From Anthoceros angustus (Eukaryota; Plantae; Anthocerotophyta), in the NCBI GenBank assembly GCA_010909165.1, contig MU008170.1:62001-126000 (forward strand): a stretch of 64,000 nucleotides of DNA, read 5' to 3'. Positions 1-10,931 of this stretch are shown here, piece after piece. Positions within the stretch are counted from its first letter, which is position 1; each line of letters opens with the position of its first letter. The translations under genes were made by a program, and so were the position numbers. The notes beneath the pieces were generated by a model that worked only from the letters and a program-made list of their open reading frames with translations, ran no database searches and was not told where the DNA came from.

Positions 1-297
1 AGCTTGGTCATAGTGGCAATGACAATGTCGTTCCTCTGAGACCTCCAGCAGTGGAGGACTAATTTTGGCAGTGTCGTAAATTTCAAGCCAGTACCTTTGT
101 TGTTTGGAGTGCTAGCTTGTTTTGTTCATACAATTACCTTCTTTTTAGATAGCGGACAGAAAATACATTTCGCTTTGCGAAGCTAAACCTTTTTTCTGGC
201 TTCGGGCACAAGAAAGGCCTTTGAAAGAGCTACAAAACTATATCTCAATAATTTAAGATTAATAGAATTTATTTATGCTATGTTTGTATACTTAGGG

Positions 298-510
298 AGG
301 AAAAGAATACTGTATTATAAAAAGAGGTGGGAAAAACCCATCCACCCCAAAAACAAAGGGGAAAAACCCAGCGAAGGGCACCATGCCAGGGGGACTAGCC
401 CCCACGATCACGCATTTCAAAACTACCAACTGCCCAAAGAACTTCGTGGTTAGGGATGTGAAAAGGCTTACTTACCACCGGTGTCAAAGAACCTGCATCT
501 CCCATGCTCG
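298..510 (-). mobile_element. 3' end fragment of the RLE-type (CRE-like) non-LTR retrotransposon family, inverted
   Basis: The reverse complement matches the 3' region of the copy at ~1880-2075 (ccggtggtaagta.gccttttcacatcc...ttggtagttttgaaatgcgtgat...gggtggatg..tttttccca.ctctttttataata.agt) and 52880-53005 (ggggctagtcccc). Confidence 0.75.
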
Positions 511-592
511 TTGTCGTTCTGTACACTGCATTGGCCAACGCCCGCTGCAGAGCGATGGAAATCCTACATGGCTACAATAACTGCATAATTAT

Positions 593-2075
593 GTGGATCC
601 TTCACCCAGGATTATGTGGACGCGGCTTTGGCTGAGGACCTGGTGCACATCGACGACCTTTCTCAACTGGGAAACCCGCACGTGGCGTTTGGGATCCTCT
701 CTTTTGGTTTTGTGCGCCGGCCAGGGTACCGTCTCCGAACGGTTGCCCCCTCCCTGGTTTTCTCGTCTAGCTTAAGGAATTTCGACAAGCGGCTTATGCA
801 GGTTTTCGGCGACATCATCGGCCCAGGCACCTTCCAGTGTGCGGCCGGGGATCTTGCGAAGCAGCAGGAGTTCCTTCCTGTCGCTTTTGGGGGCATTGGT
901 TTGCTGGCCACGGAGGCCTCCGCGCTAGCGACTTTCTTAGGGAGCTGGGCTCTCTCTGCCCCCATCTTGTCCTCCCGTTTCTTAATTCGGCATTCACATA
1001 TCCTGGAGACTTTTGTCGCGGGTGTTGAGGAGAGGACTTTGCCCATGCAGGCCTCGCTAAGATTAGCCAGGGACTCTTTATCCTCCGAGGCGAGGGCTTC
1101 CCGAGGTTGGGTTCCGGGGGCTTTAGGCGTCCCTCCTGGCGGAACAGTACGAGCAGGCGCTGTTGGCCCCCCTCCGGGATTCCTCTATTCCTAGGCCCAT
1201 TCGGGCTCGTCTCTGCTCTTGCTTGGGGAAGGGGGCAAGTTCTTGGCTTCTGGCTCGACCTAGTATTCAAGCGTTCCGCATCGCACCAGCAACTTTTTCC
1301 ACCGCGATGCGTTTTCGCCTTGGCTTGGTCCAACTTCTGGCTTGCTCTCTTTCAACCTGCAGCTGCGGGGCCCCTCTCGATGACTTTGGGACGCACTTGG
1401 CTCGTTGTCCTACAGGTAGGCACCGTATCGCTACGCATGACGCAGTCTGGGACGTTATGCTCTCTATTGCTAGGGAAGGCGGGTTCCTTCCATTTATGGA
1501 GCGCCCTTATACCCTGCTCAACTTAGAGTTGATGTATTTTTGACCCGGGGGGATCAGGTTTCGGTTGCTGATGTGATTGTAACCCGGATAGTGTCTGCGA
1601 ACATACTATTCTTAACCCTCTAGGTTGGGCGGCCGAGGGATGCGCGATGGCTAAGGTCCACAAGTACTCTCCTATGCAGGACGGCCACGCCTTCGTCCCC
1701 CTTGCCATTGAGACTTACGAAGCCATGGACAAGGATTTCTCTACGTTCGTCAAGGCCTGCCCCATCGCTTATCATAGCCGCAAGAATGGGGTTGGCCTCC
1801 CCCTTTCTTGTATTATTGCTTTCTTCCTGCAAAGGGTTTCCATCGCTCTGCAGGGCGTTGTGTCTGATCTGAGCAAGAAAAGTGCGGGGATGCAGCTTCT
1901 TCTATACCGGTGGTAAGTAGGCCTTTTCACATCCATGACCGTGAAGTTCTTCAGGCGGTTGGTAGTTTTGAAATGCGTGATTGTGGTGCTCTTCGTTGGG
2001 TTTTTCCCCCTTTATTTTTGGGTGGATGAATTTTTCCCATCTCTTTTTTATAATAAAGTCTTCTTTTCTTTTTTT
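593..2075 (+). mobile_element. 5'-truncated, frameshifted non-LTR retrotransposon with a restriction-like endonuclease (CRE/R2-group like)
   Basis: RT C-terminal 'LPVAFGGIGL...AFLGSWA'-type segment (616-1194); Zn-knuckle 'CSCGAPLDDFGTHLARC...RIATHDAV' (1163-1543); RLE-like 'RVDVFLTRGDQVSVADVIVT' at ~1525-1585; 'AKVHKY...FVPLAIETY...FLQRVSIALQG' (1647-1916); pyrimidine-rich 3' tail with AATAAA. Confidence 0.8.
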
Positions 2076-2390
2076 TGAAAATGAGATAGCATTCCCATGC
2101 TGGTTCAAGTGCAAGTTTATTACGAACTGCTTCGCGCTGAAAAACTCACTCCAAGTAGGGACGACCACAATTGTAAGGTTTCGTTTATCCTTGTTAGGGC
2201 TGGAAAGCACGAATCGAAATGACATACCTAGCTCACATTTTGACAGTTTTCTTGGATCATGGATTACGTCACAGATAATAGAAGAGTCAATTGGATCATC
2301 TTCCGAGAAATAGGCCCGAAACCCCCGGCCATTATAGGATTAAATTCAGTCAATATTTAGAAGGAAACCGACCTTGAGGGCGCGCGAGAG

Positions 2391-2492
2391 CTTTCATTCC
2401 GTTATGAACCTCGTGGGAATGAAGGCCAGCCCTCCTTTTCATGCGCGGGACGACCTTTCATCCCGTTATGAAACCTGTGGGAATGAAAGCCT
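2391..2492. repeat. Two ~37-bp imperfect direct repeats, each a hairpin (CTTTCATTCC...GGAATGAAGG), 64 bp apart start-to-start
   Basis: ctttcattccgttatgaacctcgtgggaatgaaggcc at 2391 and ctttcatcccgttatgaaacctgtgggaatgaaagcc at 2455. Confidence 0.8.
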
Positions 2493-2518
2493 GTTATCCT
2501 CTTCGTTGCTTGCGTCAC

Positions 2519-2527
2519 AAACCCTAA
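2519..2527 (+). promoter_or_regulatory. Telo-box (AAACCCTAA)
   Basis: Exact motif at the start of the GC-rich region upstream of the RING genes. Function is inferred only. Confidence 0.35.
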
Positions 2528-3223
2528 ATGTAGACTATGTACATACATAGCCTACCCGCCGTTGCGATTGGCAGGTATCTTTCTTCGTCCAGGTGCTGCC
2601 ATGGCTGGCCGGCTGCCTTCCATGATGGCGAGCCCGAATGCAGGAGGAGGACGAGGTGGAGACATGTTCGCCTCCGCCGGCTTCGATCATAATCTGCGCA
2701 TCAGGCGGCAGCGAGATTGCTTGCCCTGGCTCCGCCGCCGGCCGGTACCGGCCTCCAGGCAGCGCCGGAGATGGCATCGCACGCCTCCATTCCCGTGTGG
2801 TCAGGATTTTGGCAGGAGCCGCGGGCAGCGGGCCCGGATCATCCGCAACAAATTTCGGGCCTGGCATGCCCGAAGGCCGGCCGCATCGTCGCATCACGCG
2901 GACAGCAGCGAGCCCTGGAGATTCCGGAAGGTGAGGCCTTTGGGAGCGGGAGGCATGACCACCTGGGAGCAGGGGACGCTTCAGCACCGGGCGGCAACGC
3001 TTGAGCCGGAGAGTCGCCGATTCAGTCCCCGCATTTCCGCGGCAGCGCGAGCAGGAGGCAGCATTTGCGCACAGGAGATCCAGAGGTCAAGGATTGCGCG
3101 AGGAAGGCGTGCGTGAGGAGCTGCAATTCGGGACGCAGGGCAGGGTAGGGCAGATGAAACCGGACTCCGCCGCGTAGCGGGAGTAGCGGGAGTAGCAGGA
3201 GCAGGCGAGGCGAGGAGGCAGAG

Positions 3224-4171
3224 ATGGCCAGCAGTTCTCGCATGGCGGAGTCGCTGTGCCCGCTGTGCAGCAGGCCGCTGGGCCCCGGCACGGAGCCGAC
3301 GAGGATCAGCACCTGCGGCCACAGCTTCCACATGATCTGCCTCTGCCAGGCCTTGTACACGCATGTGACCCGGAGCGTGACTCCCGCAGGGTGCCCGCAG
3401 TGCGGCGTGGAGGTGGTGCGGCCCCCGAGACCGGACGTGAAGCACCTGATGGCGCCCGAGCCCCGCGACAGGGCGCGCATGTGCACGGAGCTGGACGCCT
3501 GGCACCGGGTGCACAACAAGCTGAGGGAGCAGCGGGACCAGGAGTGCAACCGGCTCGCGCACGGGCTGGGGATGCCGGAGCCGGGGCGCGCGGAGCTGGC
3601 CGAGATCCGTCTGAAGACCAACTTCTTCGAGATGGTGAACGCGTGCTGGGTGTGCCGGAAGGCGCTGATCAAGGATGTGTGGGTGACCCTGCCCGAGTGC
3701 AAGCACGCCCTACACATCCGCTGCCTCATGCACAAGTGGTGGATCCCGGACTGGTTCGCGTACTGGCACGGGATCGGCTACCCGTGCCCGCTCTGCGAGG
3801 AGGCCAACGTCTGCCCTAAGAGCCAGCATGTGAACTGGGACTGGAGCTTCATCCGCATGGCCGGCGACCATCTCCGGGAGCTACCCGTAGACGGGCTCTG
3901 GTACGCCATGATGTACGCGATCAGGAGGCGGAGCAAGGGGAAGCGGCTCCCGGACACCTACTTCGCCGCGCCTCTGGGCAAGCGGCAGTACCGGGAGGTG
4001 ATGGACGAGGTCGGCAGGGATAAGGAGGCCGCGATGGATCTGGCCATTGCCGAAGGCCGCCATGTCCGCCCGCGCTACTACAGCGACCTGGAAGAGGACG
4101 AGGAACTGCCCCAGTACACGGACGAGGACATGAACCCGGACCAAGACATGAACCAGCACGAGGACGAGTAG
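3224..4171 (+). CDS. Intronless double RING-H2 finger protein (putative E3 ubiquitin ligase), paralog 1, 315 aa
   Basis: RING1 CPLC...CGHSFHMIC...CPQC; RING2 CWVC...CKHALHIRC...CPLC; acidic C-terminal tail; strong GC3 codon bias. Confidence 0.85.
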   Translation: MASSSRMAESLCPLCSRPLGPGTEPTRISTCGHSFHMICLCQALYTHVTRSVTPAGCPQCGVEVVRPPRPDVKHLMAPEPRDRARMCTELDAWHRVHNKLREQRDQECNRLAHGLGMPEPGRAELAEIRLKTNFFEMVNACWVCRKALIKDVWVTLPECKHALHIRCLMHKWWIPDWFAYWHGIGYPCPLCEEANVCPKSQHVNWDWSFIRMAGDHLRELPVDGLWYAMMYAIRRRSKGKRLPDTYFAAPLGKRQYREVMDEVGRDKEAAMDLAIAEGRHVRPRYYSDLEEDEELPQYTDEDMNPDQDMNQHEDE

Positions 4172-4177
4172 CCGGAG

Positions 4178-4471
4178 ATGGACGGGGAGCCGGTGGACGA
4201 GGCCGCCGCCTGGTCCAGGGCGCGGATGGAGGCCCGGGCCCGGGAGATCGACGCCTGGATCCGGGCCATGGGCCGAGAAGGCGATTGGCAGCGACGCTTC
4301 GTGTGCGAACGTGTGCCTCGGAGGGAGGCTGTGAAGCAGCACCGCTCGAGGCGCACGCAGGGCACGCTTTGCGTGGGAGATGGCGGCCGAAGGGCGCTGG
4401 TGCAGGCTGTGCGGGCAGGAGCTGCTGCACGAGGCCGCGTCCCTGGGCTGCGGCCATTCCTTTCATCTTGA
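4178..4471 (+). CDS. 97-aa ORF between the RING paralogs, in frame with paralog 1 after a single TAG; unknown function
   Basis: The ATG is 6 nt after the paralog 1 stop (TAG CCG GAG ATG). The first half has coding-like GC3. It overlaps paralog 2 by 92 nt. Confidence 0.35.
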   Translation: MDGEPVDEAAAWSRARMEARAREIDAWIRAMGREGDWQRRFVCERVPRREAVKQHRSRRTQGTLCVGDGGRRALVQAVRAGAAARGRVPGLRPFLSS

Positions 4472-5183
4472 TTGCATCGCGCACAGCTTCAGCCAGTATT
4501 TGCAGGCGGCCAAGGAGCCCGAGGGGCCGGTGCCGTGCCCCGAGTGCGGGGCCGGGGTGGGGAGGCAGCCGCGCCCGGCGGTGGACAAGCCCATGGAGTT
4601 TCACGACCGGGCGGGGGGGAGAGACATGGACGAGCTCAACGTGTGGGACAGGGTGCACGCGGAGATGAGGCGGCTGCGGGACGACGAGGCACGGACCATG
4701 AACCGGGCGGTGGCGGGGACGGAACTGACGGGGAGGGATTTGGCTCCGCTCCGCCAGATCACCAACTTCTTCGAGATCATCAACGGCTGCTGGACGTGCG
4801 AGGGGCTGCTGGGGAGGGACCACTGGGTGACGCTGAAATTCTGCGGCCACTCCCACCACGCCGTGTGTTTGGTTCGGGCGCTGCTCGCGCTTGCAGGCGA
4901 GATGCAGTGTCCCTTGTGCATGCAGCCGGCGCGACCTCCCGCCGTCTTGAATTGGGATAAGTCCTTGTTCACCAAGGTAAGCCACAACATCATGGAGATC
5001 GCCGAGGGGGCCGTCTGGTATTGCGTCATGTTCCAGGATAGGTTGCCAGTACAAGTCGCAAGGGTGGACAGTCCGAACCGGGAAAAGAGTTCCAAGCCAG
5101 GGCGTAGGGATCCGGAGACAAAAGGGCGAACCTCTAGATCTCGAGAGGCACCCGGGCGAGCCCATAGGACTCACCCTTACTGA
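4380..5183 (+). CDS. Intronless double RING-H2 finger protein, paralog 2, 267 aa
   Basis: CRLC...CGHSFHLDC...CPEC and CWTC...CGHSHHAVC...CPLC. Shares linker motifs with paralog 1 (EL.VW.RVH, TNFFE..N.CW, NWD.S, WY..M). Confidence 0.85.
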   Translation: MAAEGRWCRLCGQELLHEAASLGCGHSFHLDCIAHSFSQYLQAAKEPEGPVPCPECGAGVGRQPRPAVDKPMEFHDRAGGRDMDELNVWDRVHAEMRRLRDDEARTMNRAVAGTELTGRDLAPLRQITNFFEIINGCWTCEGLLGRDHWVTLKFCGHSHHAVCLVRALLALAGEMQCPLCMQPARPPAVLNWDKSLFTKVSHNIMEIAEGAVWYCVMFQDRLPVQVARVDSPNREKSSKPGRRDPETKGRTSRSREAPGRAHRTHPY

Positions 5184-5581
5184 TCCAAATCGCTACACTA
5201 CCTGTGCCACACTTACCTCCACAAGTGACAACCCGCTAAGCAACCTGCTTAAGCGCTCCCACTACTCGGCCAGATGAAAGTTCAGCGTACGTGGGACACG
5301 CCGTGGAGGGGCTGGTACTCCCTGTGAGGCCAACACCCAAGCACACCTTCGTTACAAATAAGGCAGAAGATGATCCACATGACGAAAAGGCAACCAAAGG
5401 AAAGGCTCTTCCATCGTACCTCAGTGCCCCGGCTTCCATGGAATAGGTAGGACATCCGTCAGGCAATTTGCACATGCACTTGTTTATTCGCAGAAGAATG
5501 GGTCAAAGAATGGACACGCGCTCCCTCTCCACCCCACCCCACCGTGTACTAGTGGCAGGAGAGGTGGTCACGTGGCCCCTA

Positions 5582-8500
5582 CTACAAGTTCTCGTCTTCA
5601 AGGTCGTCTGGAACATGCAGCTTTTCGATTGCAGTCTGCAGGAATATGCCACACTATTAGAGCATCCACATCTTTCTTTTTTCAAACCAACCTTTTCCAA
5701 CCAACCCACAGGCAGAATGATCGAAAGAGACACACACCTTGATCAAGTTGACATCAGCGGTGGAAGGCTTCAGATCAAGGGCAATGCAGAAATGGTACAT
5801 GGCACGCTCAGGCATATCCAGGCGCTTGTAGATCTTTCCCATGAGGAAAAACACCCCACTTTCTCTGGGAGCAACCTCTTTTAGTTCTTCTAGTCCGTGG
5901 AGAGCTTCGTTGTATCTCTCCTCGCTCATCAACACGTTAGCCTTCTGATACTTGGGTAGTGGGTTTTTGGGGTCAGCTACCATGGCTTGCTCCAGCAGAA
6001 CTAGGGCCTCCTTGTTCTTCTGCACAAGCAAATAGCAAGGGTAAACATATTGTGCAAAAAATGCTCGTATCGTTGATGCTACACCACCAACATGATAAGC
6101 CACATGTCACCTTTAGCGCGTGATACGCCATTCCGAGGTAGCAGTGCAGCACGGAAGACCGATTGTTGATGTCTAGCGCCCGCCTAAAGTGGTACTCCGC
6201 TAATTCATACTTTTCTTGACGGAAGTAGATTGTACCTAAACCGTACCTGAGTGAACGTTCAAACGTCAGGAATTGCTGCCATACACGTTGGATTACATAT
6301 CGCTCTTGACGCAAGTTTGGTCGTTACCAGGCATTGTAATGGCGAGAATCTATCCTTATAGCATTTCGGTAATGCGTCAGGCCCTCTTCAAAATCCTCCA
6401 TTGCAACACATCTGCCATTCCAACAAAAGAGAAGGACGTAAGCATCAAACAGTGACTGCGCTCTAGTTGACCCAATGACATACATCCAGCCTGTACTTAC
6501 TCGTGGCCACACAGTGTGTGGGCGTAAGTGAAATTAGCATCCAATTGCAGAGCTCGCTGGAAAAACTTCAAAGCAGCCTCATGGTCTTTTTGTAAACTAA
6601 ATATGTTGCCCATTACGCACCTGGAACATTCCACCGACTATTTATACACGGGCCAGGTCATGCCTGCTTCACATTCGACATAAGCATCATTTTACCAGAT
6701 CACAACATCTCAGTAGAGCAGGTTACTGACCATGCTTGGGGCGATAATCTATCCATTGCAACCGTCTCCTGAGCCAGATAGCTCAGCTGAACTTCATTCT
6801 TCATATGCTGTTACACATCAGCAGCCGAGTGAGGCCAGATCTTCCAGAGCAGCTGACGTTTGAGGTCAGAAATTAGAAGCATTGACTTGCAAGAAACTTT
6901 CAGCAAATATTTGAGACTTACATAAAGTACAGTGGAGTATATGTCAGTGCCTTCAAGTCGATAAGGTGCAACTCTGCGAGCCCAGCTGAAGGCACGCTCA
7001 GCCTCTGGGTAGTCAACCATTTCAAAGTATGCTCTCCCCACCTAAACATCAACGGGTAGAATGCATAGAGCATCCTCGATGAGTGCCGGGGTCAATTTCC
7101 ACCCTGCTATTCTGTCAAATCAAAACTTGGAAGTAACCCACCTGGCAAAGAACCCATCCTGTGGCAAGATGCTGATGAGGCAACTTGTGAAAAGCCTGCA
7201 GAGCTTCCTGCAATGGAATCATGACATCAACACATAGCTTTCCCCCAAGGAACGGACAACACTCCCAGTTCTAGAAGGTTCTCAAATGGACTCCTTGTTA
7301 CCTGACATCGATACATACAGAGATGCCGAAAACCCTCCCCAAGAGTTCGCAGGAGTGTCAAAAGCTCCATGGGTCCCTCTGCAATCCTTGATGCACGAGA
7401 AGCACCAGTTGCCATAACATTTGACCTGCTGCGACTTAAAAGCTCGTCATCCGTGCTCCCCCCTACACACCAGTAGTACACTAGCGTTATTCTCCCTCCT
7501 GGAGCTTCCACAGCCTTCTTCCGCATAACAGCAGATCTCTGCTCCTTGAAAGAAGATACATCTCAACCTTAGTGTCTTTACATGCACTATGTACAGCATG
7601 CCAGACGCACCTTCGTCAAAAGTGCTCTCCACCGTTCCATAGCTGCCAGAGTGACTTTTCCTCAAGGCACTGGCACGTGATGAGCCTAGAACAGATTTGC
7701 TGCCCGTTGTGGAAGTACTGGGAATGGCTGAAACAAGTCCATTTCCAGCACCAAATCCACTCAGCATGGAACTCGCTGTTGATCCAGGGTGAGCTGAACC
7801 ACTGCTATCCCCAGCATTAAGCCTAGAGCTGCGTCTGGGTACAGGTTCAGCAAATAGCCTCCCAGACACCTGCCACAAGAAAAAGACACAAGTGAGCACA
7901 TAACTGCGGAAGGGAATAAAGTAAACATGCAACAACACCATAAGATTTTCAGACGTTATCACATTAAGGGATCCATGAATGGAGAGCCCAACTCCAACGC
8001 CATGTGCAGGATAGGAAGACAAGTGAAAGTATGCAAGCTGGCAAAGGCTGAATATCCAGCTCACTCAGGCTGAAGGGTTTCAACTACAAATGCACACAAG
8101 GGCTCAAATGCACAAGGGAACGTGAGCATGCACCTGCGAATAGGAGGAACGAGTAGAGGCTGATCGAGTATTCTGCAGCCATGCCCAGCCAAAAGGAAAG
8201 ATAAGGAGGCAGTGGTTCACAAAACCTAAAGGCTATGCTTCATGCTCCATCCCCACTCAATAATTTCCTAAGCATCATGACATCTCTTGTTAAATCCATG
8301 CAAGCCACAGTGCATGAGATGCCACAGATGCCTCTGCTGAATCCCTGTTTACCGAGCTTGTTGTTTTCATTCAGCCAGCCAGGACAGCCTACCAATGACA
8401 TAGCACATAGTTGACAGAAGTCTAGCACAGTGAGTGGGCACGCCAAGTGACATCCAGATGCACTAAGCACTGGTCTGCACCCTGCATGAAGGTGTAGGAT

Positions 8501-10325
8501 GAAGGCTTTACATGCAGTGTCTCATGACATGATGAAATGCCACCTATCTTGTTGCCATGTTGCTAAACAACCTCTCCACACAAGACCACGCGAGGACATG
8601 ATCGCACCGGACTCCATGGCAGGACACATTGAGATAGACAGCCAGTGAGTGGAGAAGGCAGAATGGACCGGCAAGCATAAGAGCCAGACCTTGCGTAATT
8701 TCCCTTCATCAAGAAACTTTCGACGCTGCGATTGGCCTGACCCAGCTGAATGTCGTGAACTATCTGTTGTGATGTGTTGTGTTGGATTATTTGGCAGCCC
8801 TTGTACATTTCGGGCTGGAGCTGGAGGCACCCCCAGGGACATCTGTATTGGTATACGACCCATCAGCCCAGCATGATACACACGGAGCTAACCCCTCAAT
8901 TCCTTCAAGAAATCAAGGTCAATAGAAGGAATCTGCACCCCTGTCCATCAGAAGTAGAAGGAAAGGTAGATTGTACCTGAGACGGGCCTGGAGAAGGTGT
9001 GCTGAACGATGAAGGGGTGGTCAGAAAATGGGAATTGGCAGGCGCTAGTGAACCATGCCCTCCACCACCAACCCCCTCATGTCCATGCAAGGGCCCTTGG
9101 AGCTTGCCCTGTTTTGGACTCCCATTGTTCGTAAATGGTGACCGAGGAGAATATACTCCATATGGAACATCGAGATGATCAACACTCATGCCCGCTGGAG
9201 TTGAAATCGGTGTTTGACGGTCCCGGTCCCAATGTCTATGATGTTGCTGCTGCTGCTGGAGCTGTTGCAAGCGCAAAACTGCAGCATCTCCATAGAGGCT
9301 AGCAGCCTCTTGCTCGGCACCTAGTGAGAAACAAAACTAGATTAGAAACCCTGCAACAGTGTAAGGTGAAGAAACAAGAGGCAGACGCACAACCATAACT
9401 TAGAAACCATTGAGACGTAGTTGCAAAAACACGTGACACGAAAACAAAATGACAACATCAAGATAGTCATCTCTCGCTTGAGAGCTTAACGCAAGCAAAC
9501 AAATTCATTTCCATACCTAGCATGCATAAGTCCTCATAAGCACACCAGAAAAAAGGGTCTAGTGACAGAGCTTGGCTGTAATATTCAATCGCAGCGTCCT
9601 TCCGATCAGTCAATCTGTAAGCAACAGAAAGAAAACGCACAGGGATGCAGAGAGTCAAATCCTCCGGGTCCACTAATCACTTGAACAGCACATGACATAC
9701 CCACATGACATACCCACCTGCAAATGAGCCCGAGCATGTACTTGCCAGCTGCGCCATTCGGCACCTGAGGGTAGCAGCACCGGTGCACATAAGGTCAGCC
9801 CCGTCGGAACCACAAGGAAACAGGCAAGCAACATCCTCCAAGCACATTCAAAAAATGGCACAACCTCTGCTCCGGGATCATGAGGTGATGAGAGAGCAGC
9901 TTCAGCCTCCGGTAAAAAATCCATTTCGAAGCACGCCAACGAGAACAGGTAACGGCATTGCTCAGACTTGGTACCTGCCCGCAGCAGCGCAACGGAAAAT
10001 TTCAAATTACGGTCAGAGCGGAAGCAAAATTGCAAGCCGGGGGCAGCTCAAACCGCGCGAGCTGCTACCTTTCAGCACGTGGTAAGCCCGGTACGCCTGG
10101 TTGCTCCGGAAATAACAGGTCGCCAGAAGATGGAGATTGTTCTGCGCACAACCGCTGCAGCACGTTCAGAATCCAACCAGGCTCACATTGAGAGCGGGAA
10201 ACAAGACTGTGATGCATCACCTCGGACGGGAACTCCGCGCATAATCTCTCGCACAAGAACGTGGCATTGGAGTACATGTACAGGCGCAGGGATGAGCAGA
10301 TACTCTCCACCATGCACGCTTCCAT
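5582..10325 (-). CDS. CDC27: Cell division cycle protein 27 / APC3 (HOBBIT-like), TPR subunit of the anaphase-promoting complex; multi-exon
   Basis: Exons: MEACMVESICSSLRLYMYSNATFLCERLCAEFPSE; QCRYLFSLACFEMD; VPNGAAG; ALSLDPFFWCAYEDLC; LLRTLGEGFRHLCMYRCQ; GRAYFEMVDY...LEGTDIYSTVLY; EDFEEGLTHYRNAIRIDSRHYNAW; YGLGTIYFRQEKYELAEYHFRRA; KNPLPKYQKANVL...IALDLKP; last exon 5582-5635 TAIEKLHVPDDLEDENL*. Confidence 0.95.
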
Positions 10326-10840
10326 CCCCGCGCAAACCTGCAGACGCCGCGGCCTGCGCTCTCGCTGCAGACTCTACCATGTTCCAAACCTGCCGCCAGT
10401 TTTGTCGTGTTCACACTTGAACGGGTTCCCACGCCAGACGTTGTGCCAGCCTATGTATGGGATGTATGTACATACGTATGAACATCCACATTCCTTTTCC
10501 TTTTGTGCCGATGGATGCAGTTGGGACTCGGGAGTCTTATTAGGTACATGTATGTACATACTAACCAGTTTCTCCTGGCACATAACCATGGGATGGGATG
10601 TAGATAATAACGCACGGGGTCGCAGCAATAGATGGTCGTCAGGATAATGCTGCCTGGCGCAGAGTGCTTCTGGAGTCTTCTACATAGAGAGACCTAGAAG
10701 GCCGGTAAGCATCAGCGGCTGTCATTGCAAAACAGGAAGCAGGCAGGCTTCTCCTTTTGTATCTGATCGGCCTCTGCATCTCTGCCCTGAGCATGTTCCA
10801 AACCTGCCGCCAGTTTTGTCGTGTTCACACTTGAACAGCA

Positions 10841-10931
10841 CATGACATACCCACATGACATACCCACATGACATACCCACATGACATACCCACATGACAT
10901 ACCCACATGACATACCCACATGACATACCCA
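10841..10931. repeat. 13-bp tandem repeat CATGACATACCCA x7 (only x2 in the other copies)
   Basis: Direct count; two units at 9691, 16676 and 19109. Confidence 0.9.

Noticed and set aside
1-62. Possible last exon of an upstream gene (...LGHSGNDNVVPLRPPAVED*)
   Set aside because: Too short to identify or support.
2391-2492. CRISPR-like repeat-spacer-repeat
   Set aside because: Only two imperfect units, eukaryotic context and no cas genes.
2535-3116. Several overlapping GC-rich ORFs upstream of the RING genes
   Set aside because: No recognisable motif; long ORFs are expected by chance at this GC content.
2981-5174. Long minus-strand ORFs (241, 237 and 417 aa)
   Set aside because: Antisense shadows of the high-GC3 RING genes.
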